Virus record (IMG/VR): IMGVR_UViG_3300024999_000107
Location: 1 to 61,805 of that record
Reading direction: 5' to 3' (one strand)
Source: a virus
Lineage: Duplodnaviria; Caudoviricetes
Length of the DNA stretch: 61,805 nucleotides
This document shows, piece by piece, positions 34,505-43,050 of this stretch. A model generated the notes under the pieces. It searched no databases and was not told the origin of the DNA. It saw nothing but the letters and a program-made list of their open reading frames with translations. Position numbers and translations under genes: made by a program. Position 1 is the stretch's first letter. Each line of letters opens with the position of its first letter.

Positions 34505-35335
34505 ATGGGAATATTTATGCAAGGAATCACAAATATGTTCTTTAACTTGATTTTAGTAACTATACCGGAGCAATTCTTCTTAGTGGTTATGACATTAATA
34601 TTTCTAAAGAAATTTGGAATTTTAGATGTATTGATGTGGAAACAAAACATTAAGTGGATATTAATCCCAGTAATACCAATATCAATTATTGAGGATATAA
34701 ATACTTTTATAATTACAAATAATTTATTTAGTCAGATATTAACCATTCTAAATCTAGTGTTTTTTTACATATTAATGGTATATGTAGCAAAAAAGAATAG
34801 TGACAACTTCAATATGAGAGATTACAAAAAAATATTCGCAGGTTTAGCTATAAGTCTTTTAATATTAGGAGTTTTAGAATCTGTAACTGCTCCAATAATG
34901 TTATTATTATTGAATAAACCTTTAACATATATTAATGATAATGCGATTTGGAACTTTGTCGGAAGTTTTCCTTCAAGAACATTTGAATTTTTAATACTTA
35001 CATTTTTTATTATTAAAAACAATAATGCTGTAAAAATTCAAATGTTTGATTCAATATCTAGACACAATTCACTACTTGTTCCTATTACAACTTTCGTAGT
35101 TTTATCCAATATATTTGCAGTTTATCTTATAAAATTAGTTGGAGGAGATAAAATCCTAGACAAAGTTTCAACATTGGGGCAAGTAATTATATCAATGAGT
35201 ATTTTAGTTGTTCCTGCACTCGTATTATATCTAATATTAATGATAATAAACTTTTTCTTAGTTCGAGAAAAACAAGCCCATAAAGTTTACGAAAATCTTG
35301 CAACGCAAGATAAGGTAGTAGACTTTGATATATAA
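34505..35335 (+). CDS. Polytopic membrane protein, AgrC-sensor-like, lacking a histidine-kinase domain (putative AIP receptor)
   Basis: About 7-8 hydrophobic segments with intramembrane Glu; directly upstream of agrD; only a ~20-aa tail, no H-box or HATPase. Confidence 0.55.
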   Translation: MGIFMQGITNMFFNLILVTIPEQFFLVVMTLIFLKKFGILDVLMWKQNIKWILIPVIPISIIEDINTFIITNNLFSQILTILNLVFFYILMVYVAKKNSDNFNMRDYKKIFAGLAISLLILGVLESVTAPIMLLLLNKPLTYINDNAIWNFVGSFPSRTFEFLILTFFIIKNNNAVKIQMFDSISRHNSLLVPITTFVVLSNIFAVYLIKLVGGDKILDKVSTLGQVIISMSILVVPALVLYLILMIINFFLVREKQAHKVYENLATQDKVVDFDI

Positions 35336-35368
35336 TTAATTTTATATGGGTGAGAGGAGGTGAATACA

Positions 35369-35500
35369 ATGAAAGTAAAAATGTATACGGTTGTTGCTAG
35401 TCTATTGGGTTTGGTAGCAATGGGCCTTGTTCAAACTGCTTGTCGTTTCTGGTTTTTTCAACCAGAAGAAGATCAAACTCCAAAGTGCTTAAGTAAATAA
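35369..35500 (+). CDS. agrD: AgrD cyclic autoinducing-peptide precursor (43 aa, not in ORF track)
   Basis: RBS GAGGAGGTG; MKVKMYTVVASLLGLVAMGLVQTA-CRFWF-FQPEEDQTPKCLSK has a leader, a Cys-x4 ring and a [HYF]QPE..P tail like clostridial AgrD. Confidence 0.9.
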   Translation: MKVKMYTVVASLLGLVAMGLVQTACRFWFFQPEEDQTPKCLSK

Positions 35501-35510
35501 GTAAACATAA

Positions 35511-35538
35511 GTAGGGAGGATTTTATAGTCTTCCCTAC
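35511..35538 (+). terminator. Hairpin after agrD
   Basis: GTAGGGAGGA-ttttatag-TCTTCCCTAC. Confidence 0.65.
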
Positions 35539-35579
35539 AACTATAAAAATAATTATTTTATAAATATAGTATAAGACTG

Positions 35580-35609
35580 TTGACATTTGAATACACTTTA
35601 GTATATAAT
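35580..35609 (+). promoter_or_regulatory. SigA promoter for the HTH-mazF/agrB operon
   Basis: TTGACA-18-TATAAT, followed by an imperfect inverted repeat AATTAGATAA...TTATCTAATT. Confidence 0.65.
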
Positions 35610-35668
35610 TAGATAAATAAATTAATAAAATTAATTATCTAATTGCTAATAAAAAGGAGTGTATTGTT

Positions 35669-36463
35669 ATGTTAGACACATTGGTCAAAAAATTTAATAC
35701 AGAGGAAAATATTAAAAAGGATTTCAAAAAAGTAGCCAGTTATGTAATTAAAGCAAAAGGTAGCGAAAGATCAATCGGAGGTTTTGCTGGAGATTGTGGG
35801 GTTAGCGGGCAATATATGGAAAGTGTTATAAAAGGGAAAATAAATTGTTATCCCCAAATGCAGTTCCTAAAAGTTGTATCTGATAATTCCGAAGGCAGAG
35901 TTTCATTCAAGGATTTAACACTAGCTTGCGGTTATTCTAATTATTGTAATAATGACTTGGAACAAATTAAAAATATAAAAATTGAGAGAGGTGGAATTTA
36001 TTTTTGTAACTTTGGCGATAGTGGGATTGATAGTGAGATAACTGGTCATCGTCCAGTGTGTATAATTCAGAATTCTATAGGCAATGCACGAAGCAGTAAT
36101 ACCAAAGTTCTCACAATCACCAGTCGCAGTAAAGCAAAATTGCCGACGCATATAGAAATAAGTAGCAAGGAATATAAAGGCTTAACATCTGATTCTATTA
36201 TTTGTTGCGAAGTTGAAGACACTGTTAGTAAGAGAAGATTAATATCTGGATCTGGAGTAGTAGAAAAAATAGCACAGTGTTCTCCTGAATTACTACTTCG
36301 TATTTCTGTGGCAGTAGCCAAGGCAGATGGAATCATTGATTTAAATGTACCTGAAAAAATTGCCATTGAGGCTTTAATGAATTTGAATAGAGGAATAACT
36401 AAAACATATCAATTTGAAAATAATCGCAATCTAAATACAGCCAAACAATCAGTATTTGCTTAA
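35669..36463 (+). CDS. XRE-type HTH fused to a MazF/PemK endoribonuclease domain
   Basis: N-terminal KAKGSERSIGGFAGDCGVS...LTLACGY HTH; C-terminal ERGGIYF...SEITGHRPVCIIQNSIGN...TITS...KAKLPTHIEI aligns with Bacillus MazF/EndoA, catalytic Arg and Thr kept. Confidence 0.85.
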   Translation: MLDTLVKKFNTEENIKKDFKKVASYVIKAKGSERSIGGFAGDCGVSGQYMESVIKGKINCYPQMQFLKVVSDNSEGRVSFKDLTLACGYSNYCNNDLEQIKNIKIERGGIYFCNFGDSGIDSEITGHRPVCIIQNSIGNARSSNTKVLTITSRSKAKLPTHIEISSKEYKGLTSDSIICCEVEDTVSKRRLISGSGVVEKIAQCSPELLLRISVAVAKADGIIDLNVPEKIAIEALMNLNRGITKTYQFENNRNLNTAKQSVFA

Positions 36464-36477
36464 AGAAAGGAGTTTTA

Positions 36478-37101
36478 ATGATTTTACTTAATAATTTATC
36501 AAATCGTTTTGCAAAATACTTATCCACAATAGTACCAAACTCTAAATATCCTTCTATAAAAGATCAAATTGAAGTTTATGATTTTGCTATCAAGGGGGTT
36601 TTTGAAGAATTATCTACTATGATATTATTAATCTTATTTTCATTGGTTTTAGGTGTATTTACTCCTGTTATATTTATTGCATTAACTTTTATTTCATTAA
36701 GAAGTATAGCAGGAGGAATACACCTTTCAACGCATAGAAGATGCCAGATTATGTCTATAGTGATGTTTATTGGATCTGGATTGATTATGAAGTTGATATT
36801 AAGGTGTCTGTCTATTCAAAACATCTATTTTTTGTTGTTATTTTGTGTCTTAACGACGTTATATATGGTAGTTAGGTATATTCCTAGGGATTCAATAAAC
36901 AAACCGATTACAGATCCTTTAGAAAGATTAAAATTCAAAAGATTGTCATTGTATTATATTATAATATGGACAATTATAATGACAATCTTTCTCCACCTTA
37001 ATTTAAAAATAATTGTCATTGCTAGTTGTTTTGGATTATTGTTAGAATTATTTAATTGTAGTAAAATGGGACAGTTTATTTCCTTTATAAGTGATTCATA
37101 A
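36478..37101 (+). CDS. agrB: AgrB peptide-processing membrane protein
   Basis: FISLRSIAGGIHLSTHRRC (His/Cys dyad) and RYIPRDSINKPI motifs. Confidence 0.92.
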   Translation: MILLNNLSNRFAKYLSTIVPNSKYPSIKDQIEVYDFAIKGVFEELSTMILLILFSLVLGVFTPVIFIALTFISLRSIAGGIHLSTHRRCQIMSIVMFIGSGLIMKLILRCLSIQNIYFLLLFCVLTTLYMVVRYIPRDSINKPITDPLERLKFKRLSLYYIIIWTIIMTIFLHLNLKIIVIASCFGLLLELFNCSKMGQFISFISDS

Positions 37102-37208
37102 AAATTAGTCCTAAAGTCCTATGACATTAGACCTATAAATAAAATACAATCATGTCGAAAAACAGAACATAACGTGTCAACATTAAGAAATTATTGGTAA
37201 TTTTGTTC

Positions 37209-37237
37209 TTGATTCCTGAACAAATGTTCTATATACT
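37209..37237 (+). promoter_or_regulatory. LexA (SOS/Cheo) box inside a SigA promoter
   Basis: TTGATT-17-TATACT with GAAC-AAAT-GTTC at 37218-37229 in the spacer. Confidence 0.75.
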
Positions 37238-37318
37238 ATTATCAAGGAGGTATTAAAAGAATTCAGGTACTATTTGTAGAATATACCAAATATTAGAAAC
37301 TAAAGGAGAAGTGAATAA

Positions 37319-37756
37319 ATGGAATGTGTTAAAAAAATAGATATTAATAAGGAAAGATTTATATGGACTATTAAGGATCAAGACGGTAATTATTGTCAAA
37401 AAACTAGTATTTGCAAATTAAATAATAAAGAATGGATATACATACCTAGTGAAATTAATTCTAAAACATTTTCTCAAGAATCTAGAGGGTACATAACTAA
37501 AGAGTCGGCTGAAAAAGCATTGGATTTATTAAATAAAAAGAAAATAGTTGCAGGATTTGATCTTACATTTCATATTGAAAGACTTAATCTAGATGAAATA
37601 ATTGAAGAGAGTGTGCAATTTCAAGGGAATAATTTGGTCATATGTGATAAAGATTCTTCAACTAATCCTTGGGAAATTGTAAAAGCATGTATTTGTTCCT
37701 ATATGTGTTTATGTTGTCTTCATCAATGCTTGGGTATGATGACGAATGTAATTTAG
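37319..37756 (+). CDS. 145-aa hypothetical protein, predicted SOS-inducible, Cys-rich C-terminus
   Basis: RBS AAAGGAG; downstream of the LexA-boxed promoter. Confidence 0.7.
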   Translation: MECVKKIDINKERFIWTIKDQDGNYCQKTSICKLNNKEWIYIPSEINSKTFSQESRGYITKESAEKALDLLNKKKIVAGFDLTFHIERLNLDEIIEESVQFQGNNLVICDKDSSTNPWEIVKACICSYMCLCCLHQCLGMMTNVI

Positions 37757-37783
37757 TAATTAATAGACCAATTAATTATGCAA

Positions 37784-37828
37784 TATAATAAACTACTTCT
37801 TCTATTCTCCGTGGAGTAGTTTATTATA
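37784..37828. terminator. Long hairpin separating the SOS gene from the repressor operon
   Basis: TATAATAAACTACT...AGTAGTTTATTATA. Confidence 0.65.
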
Positions 37829-37847
37829 TAAAAATAAGTATTATTCC

Positions 37848-37912
37848 TTGACATTATTAGGGAAGTCATGATATATTATATTATATAAGTGTGTCATTAC
37901 TGTGACAATAAT
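37848..37912 (+). promoter_or_regulatory. Promoter of the yopQ/yopR-like operon with possible operator
   Basis: TTGACA-18-TATATT; downstream palindrome TGTCA-6-TGACA. Confidence 0.55.
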
Positions 37913-37920
37913 GCGAAGGA

Positions 37921-39315
37921 GTGATATTTATGCTAAAAGAAAAATCGGTTGAATTGATTCGTGGGCTTAATGTATTAATTGAAGATTATGCATCGAACGA
38001 CAAGGTAAGAAAAATAATTGTTGAAGAGTTTGACAAAAGAAATATGAAAGGTAGTTTAGCAGTTGGTATTCTAAATAAAAATAGAGAGTTATCCACGTTA
38101 GATATTGATGAAAGTAAAGATTTAATCATATTGTTTGTTTTTACTATGAGCATGTATAACGCACTAATGTTTAAGGAATCAGATGATAAAGAACCATTGG
38201 GGAAAATTGAAGAAATATTAATGATTAATCCTAAAAATTATTTCAATGAAATTGAGATTGAAAACTTAAATGATTATAAATTTGAAAAGAAAGTAGATAA
38301 AAAAGACGAAGTTATTGTTTTCCCTAAAATGAATAGAATTGCTACTGGATTTTATTCTGGATATATATCAGGAAAACAATTCGCCGAATTAGATGCTGGA
38401 AATGAACTCATCTATAATTTTAAAACGCAACGTGATCCACTTATTGATGTGTATGGAATGAAGCGAATACACTTAAACAAAACAAATGCAAAAGAAATTA
38501 GAGATGGTGTTCTTTCAGGAGATCAATTTCCAACTACTATTGTGGTAAATGTTCTTAAAGATGGTACTGATGAATTAGATTATGATGAAAAAACAGGTGA
38601 TTTATTTATTATTTCAGGAACTAAAAATCTAGTTGACGGATTTCATCGGAAGGTCGGAAATAGCTTGGCCTTCGCCATTAACCAAGATTTAGAGTTCAAC
38701 TGGTTATTAGTTGTAACAAATTACAGTGAAATTAGAGCGCAAAAATATATGGTAGAAATTAATAAACAACAAAAAATGAAGCAAGAGCATATTAAAAATA
38801 TGGATACTGCTAGTCTTGGAAATGTAGTCGTAGATGCAATTAAAGATATTGATACCTCTGAATTTGCAGATCAAATAAAGGATAACGATAAAGAAATTGG
38901 ACATTTTGAACTTGAACATTTCGGCATGGCTAAGAAGTCCACATTGGCATTAGCTATTGAAGAGTGTTATGGAGATAAATTAACTAATAAGCTTCAAGTA
39001 AGACCTATTGCAAAGCATATAGCAAATGTTATGGATTATATTATAGGACTGCATGTAGAAGAGTTTATGGAACATCCTGAAGCTACTCAGAAGGTAAGTT
39101 ATATCAATCATAAGAATATGTTCGCAGGATATATCGCTTTGTCTGAGCGATTATATGGTGTGAAAAAGTGGGAAGATATTCTTGAAGAAATTTTAAATAA
39201 GATAGATTTCAGTATGGAAAATACATTCTGGGATGATATTAAATTGAACAAAGATTCAGATATGAAAAAGTCTACACGGACAAATTTATATAAATTCTTT
39301 CAGAAATTAATTTAA
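37921..39315 (+). CDS. SPbeta YopQ/SroE-like protein (ParB/DndB-like DGxHR domain)
   Basis: 464 aa; IYNFKTQRD...LVDGFHR...INKQ; directly precedes the YopR homologue as in SPbeta. Confidence 0.75.
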   Translation: MIFMLKEKSVELIRGLNVLIEDYASNDKVRKIIVEEFDKRNMKGSLAVGILNKNRELSTLDIDESKDLIILFVFTMSMYNALMFKESDDKEPLGKIEEILMINPKNYFNEIEIENLNDYKFEKKVDKKDEVIVFPKMNRIATGFYSGYISGKQFAELDAGNELIYNFKTQRDPLIDVYGMKRIHLNKTNAKEIRDGVLSGDQFPTTIVVNVLKDGTDELDYDEKTGDLFIISGTKNLVDGFHRKVGNSLAFAINQDLEFNWLLVVTNYSEIRAQKYMVEINKQQKMKQEHIKNMDTASLGNVVVDAIKDIDTSEFADQIKDNDKEIGHFELEHFGMAKKSTLALAIEECYGDKLTNKLQVRPIAKHIANVMDYIIGLHVEEFMEHPEATQKVSYINHKNMFAGYIALSERLYGVKKWEDILEEILNKIDFSMENTFWDDIKLNKDSDMKKSTRTNLYKFFQKLI

Positions 39316-39330
39316 AGGAGATGCTTTAAA

Positions 39331-40362
39331 ATGATTGAAATTGCAAATGATGAATTACAAAATGAAGAAAAAGTGGAATTTAAAGTTGATCCTGAAGTTA
39401 AGGAAGAATTTTTAGAAAAACAATTAAAATCTACTAGAAGTTATTATCGTTATATTTTAAAACTTGCAGATGATTTTGAAGTAAAACTTGGTAAACCTAT
39501 TTACAACTTTAATACAGAAGAGAGAGACGAATTATTAATTGTGCAATATAAAAACAAAAACAAGTTCGCTTTTCAAACTGTTTTATCTCCATTAAAAACT
39601 TATGTAGATTTTTGCATTTCACCTAAGAATCTAGTACGACACAATGAAAACAGGTTTTCTAGCATTTTAACATCGAACTATAAATTTTATATTAATTCTC
39701 AAGCAAAAGAAAATTCCTATATTCCTCTATCAGAGTGTCGAGAATTTCAATCTAAATTAGCAAATTATCAAGATAGGGCAATTCTTGAATTACCAAGTCT
39801 AGGGGTTAGAGGCCGTACTGAAAAAGGCAATACTCTTGAAGAATTAGTAAACCTAAAAGAAGACGATATTAAATGGGAAAAGAAAAGATTATATCTTACC
39901 AAAAATAATGGCGAATTGAGGTGGATTGAAGTTGATGACTATACTTTAGATTTACTCAAAAAAACCATTAATCAAGATTTTTATATTTCAAATAATGGAT
40001 TAAAAACAAAACCCAATGAAAATGGGGTATACGAAAGTACAGATAAGGGAAGAATGATTAATAAAACTGAATATGTATTTAGAGTCCCAGGGAGCAACAA
40101 ACATGGCAAGGTCGATTATCAATTTTTTGCTAGTAGAATTCAACGGATGCAAAAATGGTTAGGAAAACCTTATATTAGTGTAAGTAATTTATACTTCTCT
40201 GCTATTATTGAATATGCTAAAAAGTTGAAAAAAGAGAAAGGCGAATTGACTAGAGAAGATTATCTTTCAATTAATGAGAGATTTGAATTTGGTGAAACTA
40301 AGGAGAAATATGTTTTTAAAACTAGAGAACTTATTGAATCGTATCTGAATGATGAGAGGTAA
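39331..40362 (+). CDS. SPbeta YopR/MrpR/SroF-like master repressor (tyrosine-recombinase fold)
   Basis: EVKEEFL...KPIYNF...YVDFCI...LANYQDRAILEL..GVRG...EELVNL parallels YopR as I recall it (EIKEKYL...LVNYQSKAVLRLLFEGVSG); no canonical HxxR. Confidence 0.8.
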   Translation: MIEIANDELQNEEKVEFKVDPEVKEEFLEKQLKSTRSYYRYILKLADDFEVKLGKPIYNFNTEERDELLIVQYKNKNKFAFQTVLSPLKTYVDFCISPKNLVRHNENRFSSILTSNYKFYINSQAKENSYIPLSECREFQSKLANYQDRAILELPSLGVRGRTEKGNTLEELVNLKEDDIKWEKKRLYLTKNNGELRWIEVDDYTLDLLKKTINQDFYISNNGLKTKPNENGVYESTDKGRMINKTEYVFRVPGSNKHGKVDYQFFASRIQRMQKWLGKPYISVSNLYFSAIIEYAKKLKKEKGELTREDYLSINERFEFGETKEKYVFKTRELIESYLNDER

Positions 40363-40367
40363 ATATT

Positions 40368-40775
40368 ATGCAAAATACGCTATTAGAAATGTGGAAAAGA
40401 TATAATTTGCTTCTTTCTTTTAAAGTGGAGATGAATAAACGTGGACACGCTAGTAAAGATTTATATTGTTTACATGCTCAATTATATCTCTTGATGGAAT
40501 TAATTGAAATTGAAAGTGAAAGTGTTTTGAGTTTATTATTACAAAAGACCTATTTTAGAATATTTCAATCAATAGATAAAGGAATTGAGTATTTGCCTGA
40601 AATTGTTTATGATCCAGAGGGATGGACGTTGAATAAAATTGAGGATGATAATGATGCTTGGATTAGCAAAGATGTTTTAATTTTCACTTGTAAATCAACA
40701 GTTGCTACATTTAGTAGGATATCTAGGAAAGAAACTGGATATAGATATGTTCTCAGTAGTAGCAAATGGCAATAA
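40368..40775 (+). CDS. Hypothetical protein
   Basis: 135-aa ORF coupled to the yopR-like gene. Confidence 0.6.
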   Translation: MQNTLLEMWKRYNLLLSFKVEMNKRGHASKDLYCLHAQLYLLMELIEIESESVLSLLLQKTYFRIFQSIDKGIEYLPEIVYDPEGWTLNKIEDDNDAWISKDVLIFTCKSTVATFSRISRKETGYRYVLSSSKWQ

Positions 40776-41194
40776 GAAGGGAATTGATATTAATGAACGT
40801 GGGAGAAAAGGTTTTTTTGTTTAAAGAAAGGTTGGGACATAAATATTTTGCTGATTTTGCTAGGTCTGCAAATGTTCCTCCTGCTTGGTTAAACGAAATT
40901 AAAGATAAAGAAGAGATTAAACAAATAAGTGACATGTCATATCTTATAAATCTTTGCTCATATTTAAATATGACAATTGATGATTTTTTAAGAAATGAGA
41001 ATGTCATAAAAGAAGAAATTTCTGACATTATTGATGTAAATTCAGAAGATATTGGTGTTTTAATCAACAATATGATAGTGTTATTAGGAAAGGAGGGAAT
41101 AAAAGTAGATGGTATGTTAATGAACGACAAAAGTAAAGAGATTTGTATTGACTCTTTACATGTCGTAAAAACGCTAGTTAAACAACATTTATAA
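40766..41194 (+). CDS. XRE-like HTH regulator (likely start 40793)
   Basis: MNVGEKV...DFARSANVPPAWLNEI...LCSYLNMTIDDFL. Confidence 0.7.
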   Translation: MAIRRELILMNVGEKVFLFKERLGHKYFADFARSANVPPAWLNEIKDKEEIKQISDMSYLINLCSYLNMTIDDFLRNENVIKEEISDIIDVNSEDIGVLINNMIVLLGKEGIKVDGMLMNDKSKEICIDSLHVVKTLVKQHL

Positions 41195-41214
41195 ATGAAG
41201 AGAGGTGAATAATC

Positions 41215-42072
41215 ATGGTATTCAAAGGAAGATCAACTGACACATTTGAGATGGATGATATAGAGGTTTATCAACTAGTCAAAAGTGGTTCTCTAAAATC
41301 ATTTCCTTCTGGATTTTGGGATGGAGTCGCAGGACTTCAAACTGCTAAGAAAATTCTAAACTATGTTTTCAAGGATATTTTAAATTGGACTATTGATGAT
41401 ATTAAACATAAAGTAAATAGAGAAATATTTGAAGAATATAAATTAGTTGGAATGATTTCAACAGTTTTTGATGGTAGTATGTATATTTGCTTAGGAGAAG
41501 CTTATCCAGAACTTAAAGAATGGGCAGATAAATTGTATCAAACAAATGAACACACTGATTTCGTTCATAGAAAATATACAGATGACGAATTGATTTATAT
41601 TCTCCAAGAAAAATCAAAAGAGCTAAACAGGATTCCTAAAGGAGTTGATATGAAAACGCCTAGTAGTGCTATTTATAGTAATAGATTTGGTTCATGGGAG
41701 AAGTCTTTAATGAAGGCAGGTTTGATCGAAGACATCTATAAAGATGTTGATTTTAGTAAAAACTCTAAAGAATCAGTTATATCTCATTTAAAGAAATTAT
41801 TTTCAGAAAAAGAAAGAGTATTGGATAAAAATGAGATATACGCCATTTATCCTGAAGGATTAATTAAAGAATATTTTGGGAATTACAATAAGGTTGAAAA
41901 AGTTATTGCAGTAGAGTATACTAAAAAAGACTTAATCAAAATATTGAAAAAGAAGAAAGAAAAGTTAGGAAGAATTCCAAGCAACAAAGACATGAAATTT
42001 CCAATGGCTATTGTATTTATAGATAAGTTTGGTAGTTGGCAGAAAGCAATTGATCAAATGGAGAAATCATGA
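41215..42072 (+). CDS. DUF4046-like protein with homing-endonuclease-associated repeats
   Basis: FPSGFW...LGEAYP; repeats YT.DELI..L...RIP...RFGSW. Confidence 0.65.
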   Translation: MVFKGRSTDTFEMDDIEVYQLVKSGSLKSFPSGFWDGVAGLQTAKKILNYVFKDILNWTIDDIKHKVNREIFEEYKLVGMISTVFDGSMYICLGEAYPELKEWADKLYQTNEHTDFVHRKYTDDELIYILQEKSKELNRIPKGVDMKTPSSAIYSNRFGSWEKSLMKAGLIEDIYKDVDFSKNSKESVISHLKKLFSEKERVLDKNEIYAIYPEGLIKEYFGNYNKVEKVIAVEYTKKDLIKILKKKKEKLGRIPSNKDMKFPMAIVFIDKFGSWQKAIDQMEKS

Positions 42073-42166
42073 TTTGCTTTTATATTATCGGGATGTGTTA
42101 TTATGTCTCGATATTACATAAGTAAAATTAATACAATTCAATAAATAAATTTATCATAAAAAGAAA

Positions 42167-42778
42167 GTGAGTTATCAAATGAGAAAAACTACACTAAAAC
42201 ATAATAAATTATTCATCACATTAATTAGTGCTTTTCTCATTGTGGGAAGTGCAAATGGAAATCATATAAGTGAGAATAAAATTATAAAAACTGCTAGTCA
42301 GAAAACTAATTATTTAGGGAGTGATGCCTGTGGTGCAATTAAGGAATTGAGAAAACAATACATAGTAGTTCCAAGTAAAATTGATGTGGAAAAGGAAATT
42401 ATTAAATCAGTAAATGAAAAAATAGACAAAGTATTCAAAGTCTCTGCTTATACATTAGCATATCAATCATGTCAAAAATCTAGAGGTTCAAAGGACTATG
42501 GTATAACTTCATCAGGTTATGATTTAAAAGGTCATACTCTTGTCTCCGCTAGGACAATTGCTACTGATCCTATCATCATACCAACTGGTACTAAAGTCAT
42601 GCTTACGTTCAAAAATAGCAAATACAAGAAATGGGATGGTATATATACTAGCCGTGATATAGGAGGTGGAATAAAGAGTTTTCAAATAGATTTATTTGTT
42701 GGAAGTGGTTATGGATCAAATAAGTTTGCTAAAGATTTCGGAGTAACTTATGCAATTGTAACAATCTTAGAAGATTAA
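42167..42778 (+). CDS. Secreted 3D-domain (cell-wall/lytic transglycosylase-like) protein
   Basis: Signal peptide; SAYT...GITSSG...IATDP...DIGGGIK...IDLF. Confidence 0.85.
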   Translation: MSYQMRKTTLKHNKLFITLISAFLIVGSANGNHISENKIIKTASQKTNYLGSDACGAIKELRKQYIVVPSKIDVEKEIIKSVNEKIDKVFKVSAYTLAYQSCQKSRGSKDYGITSSGYDLKGHTLVSARTIATDPIIIPTGTKVMLTFKNSKYKKWDGIYTSRDIGGGIKSFQIDLFVGSGYGSNKFAKDFGVTYAIVTILED

Positions 42779-43050
42779 CATATCATGTGAATAAATTAGT
42801 AAATATATAAATAAAATTATGAGGAGTGTTAGAAATGTTAACAGATTACACAGTTATATATTTTGATGGTGATTTCAAAAAAAGATTAGTCGAACAAAAG
42901 AAACTTGAACAGGAGATGATTAAAAAGTTCGGAAGGAATAGACCAGATGACTTAAGGTATAAGCTAATGGTGGAAGAAAAATGTCTAGTAGCAATTCATA
43001 GGTCTGAGAGAGAATTGATTAATCGCTGATTACATATTAAATTAAAGAAG

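Noticed and set aside
39331-40362. Active prophage integrase marking an att boundary
   Set aside because: Lacks the canonical HxxR catalytic motif, matches the YopR repressor type, and phage genes continue on both sides.
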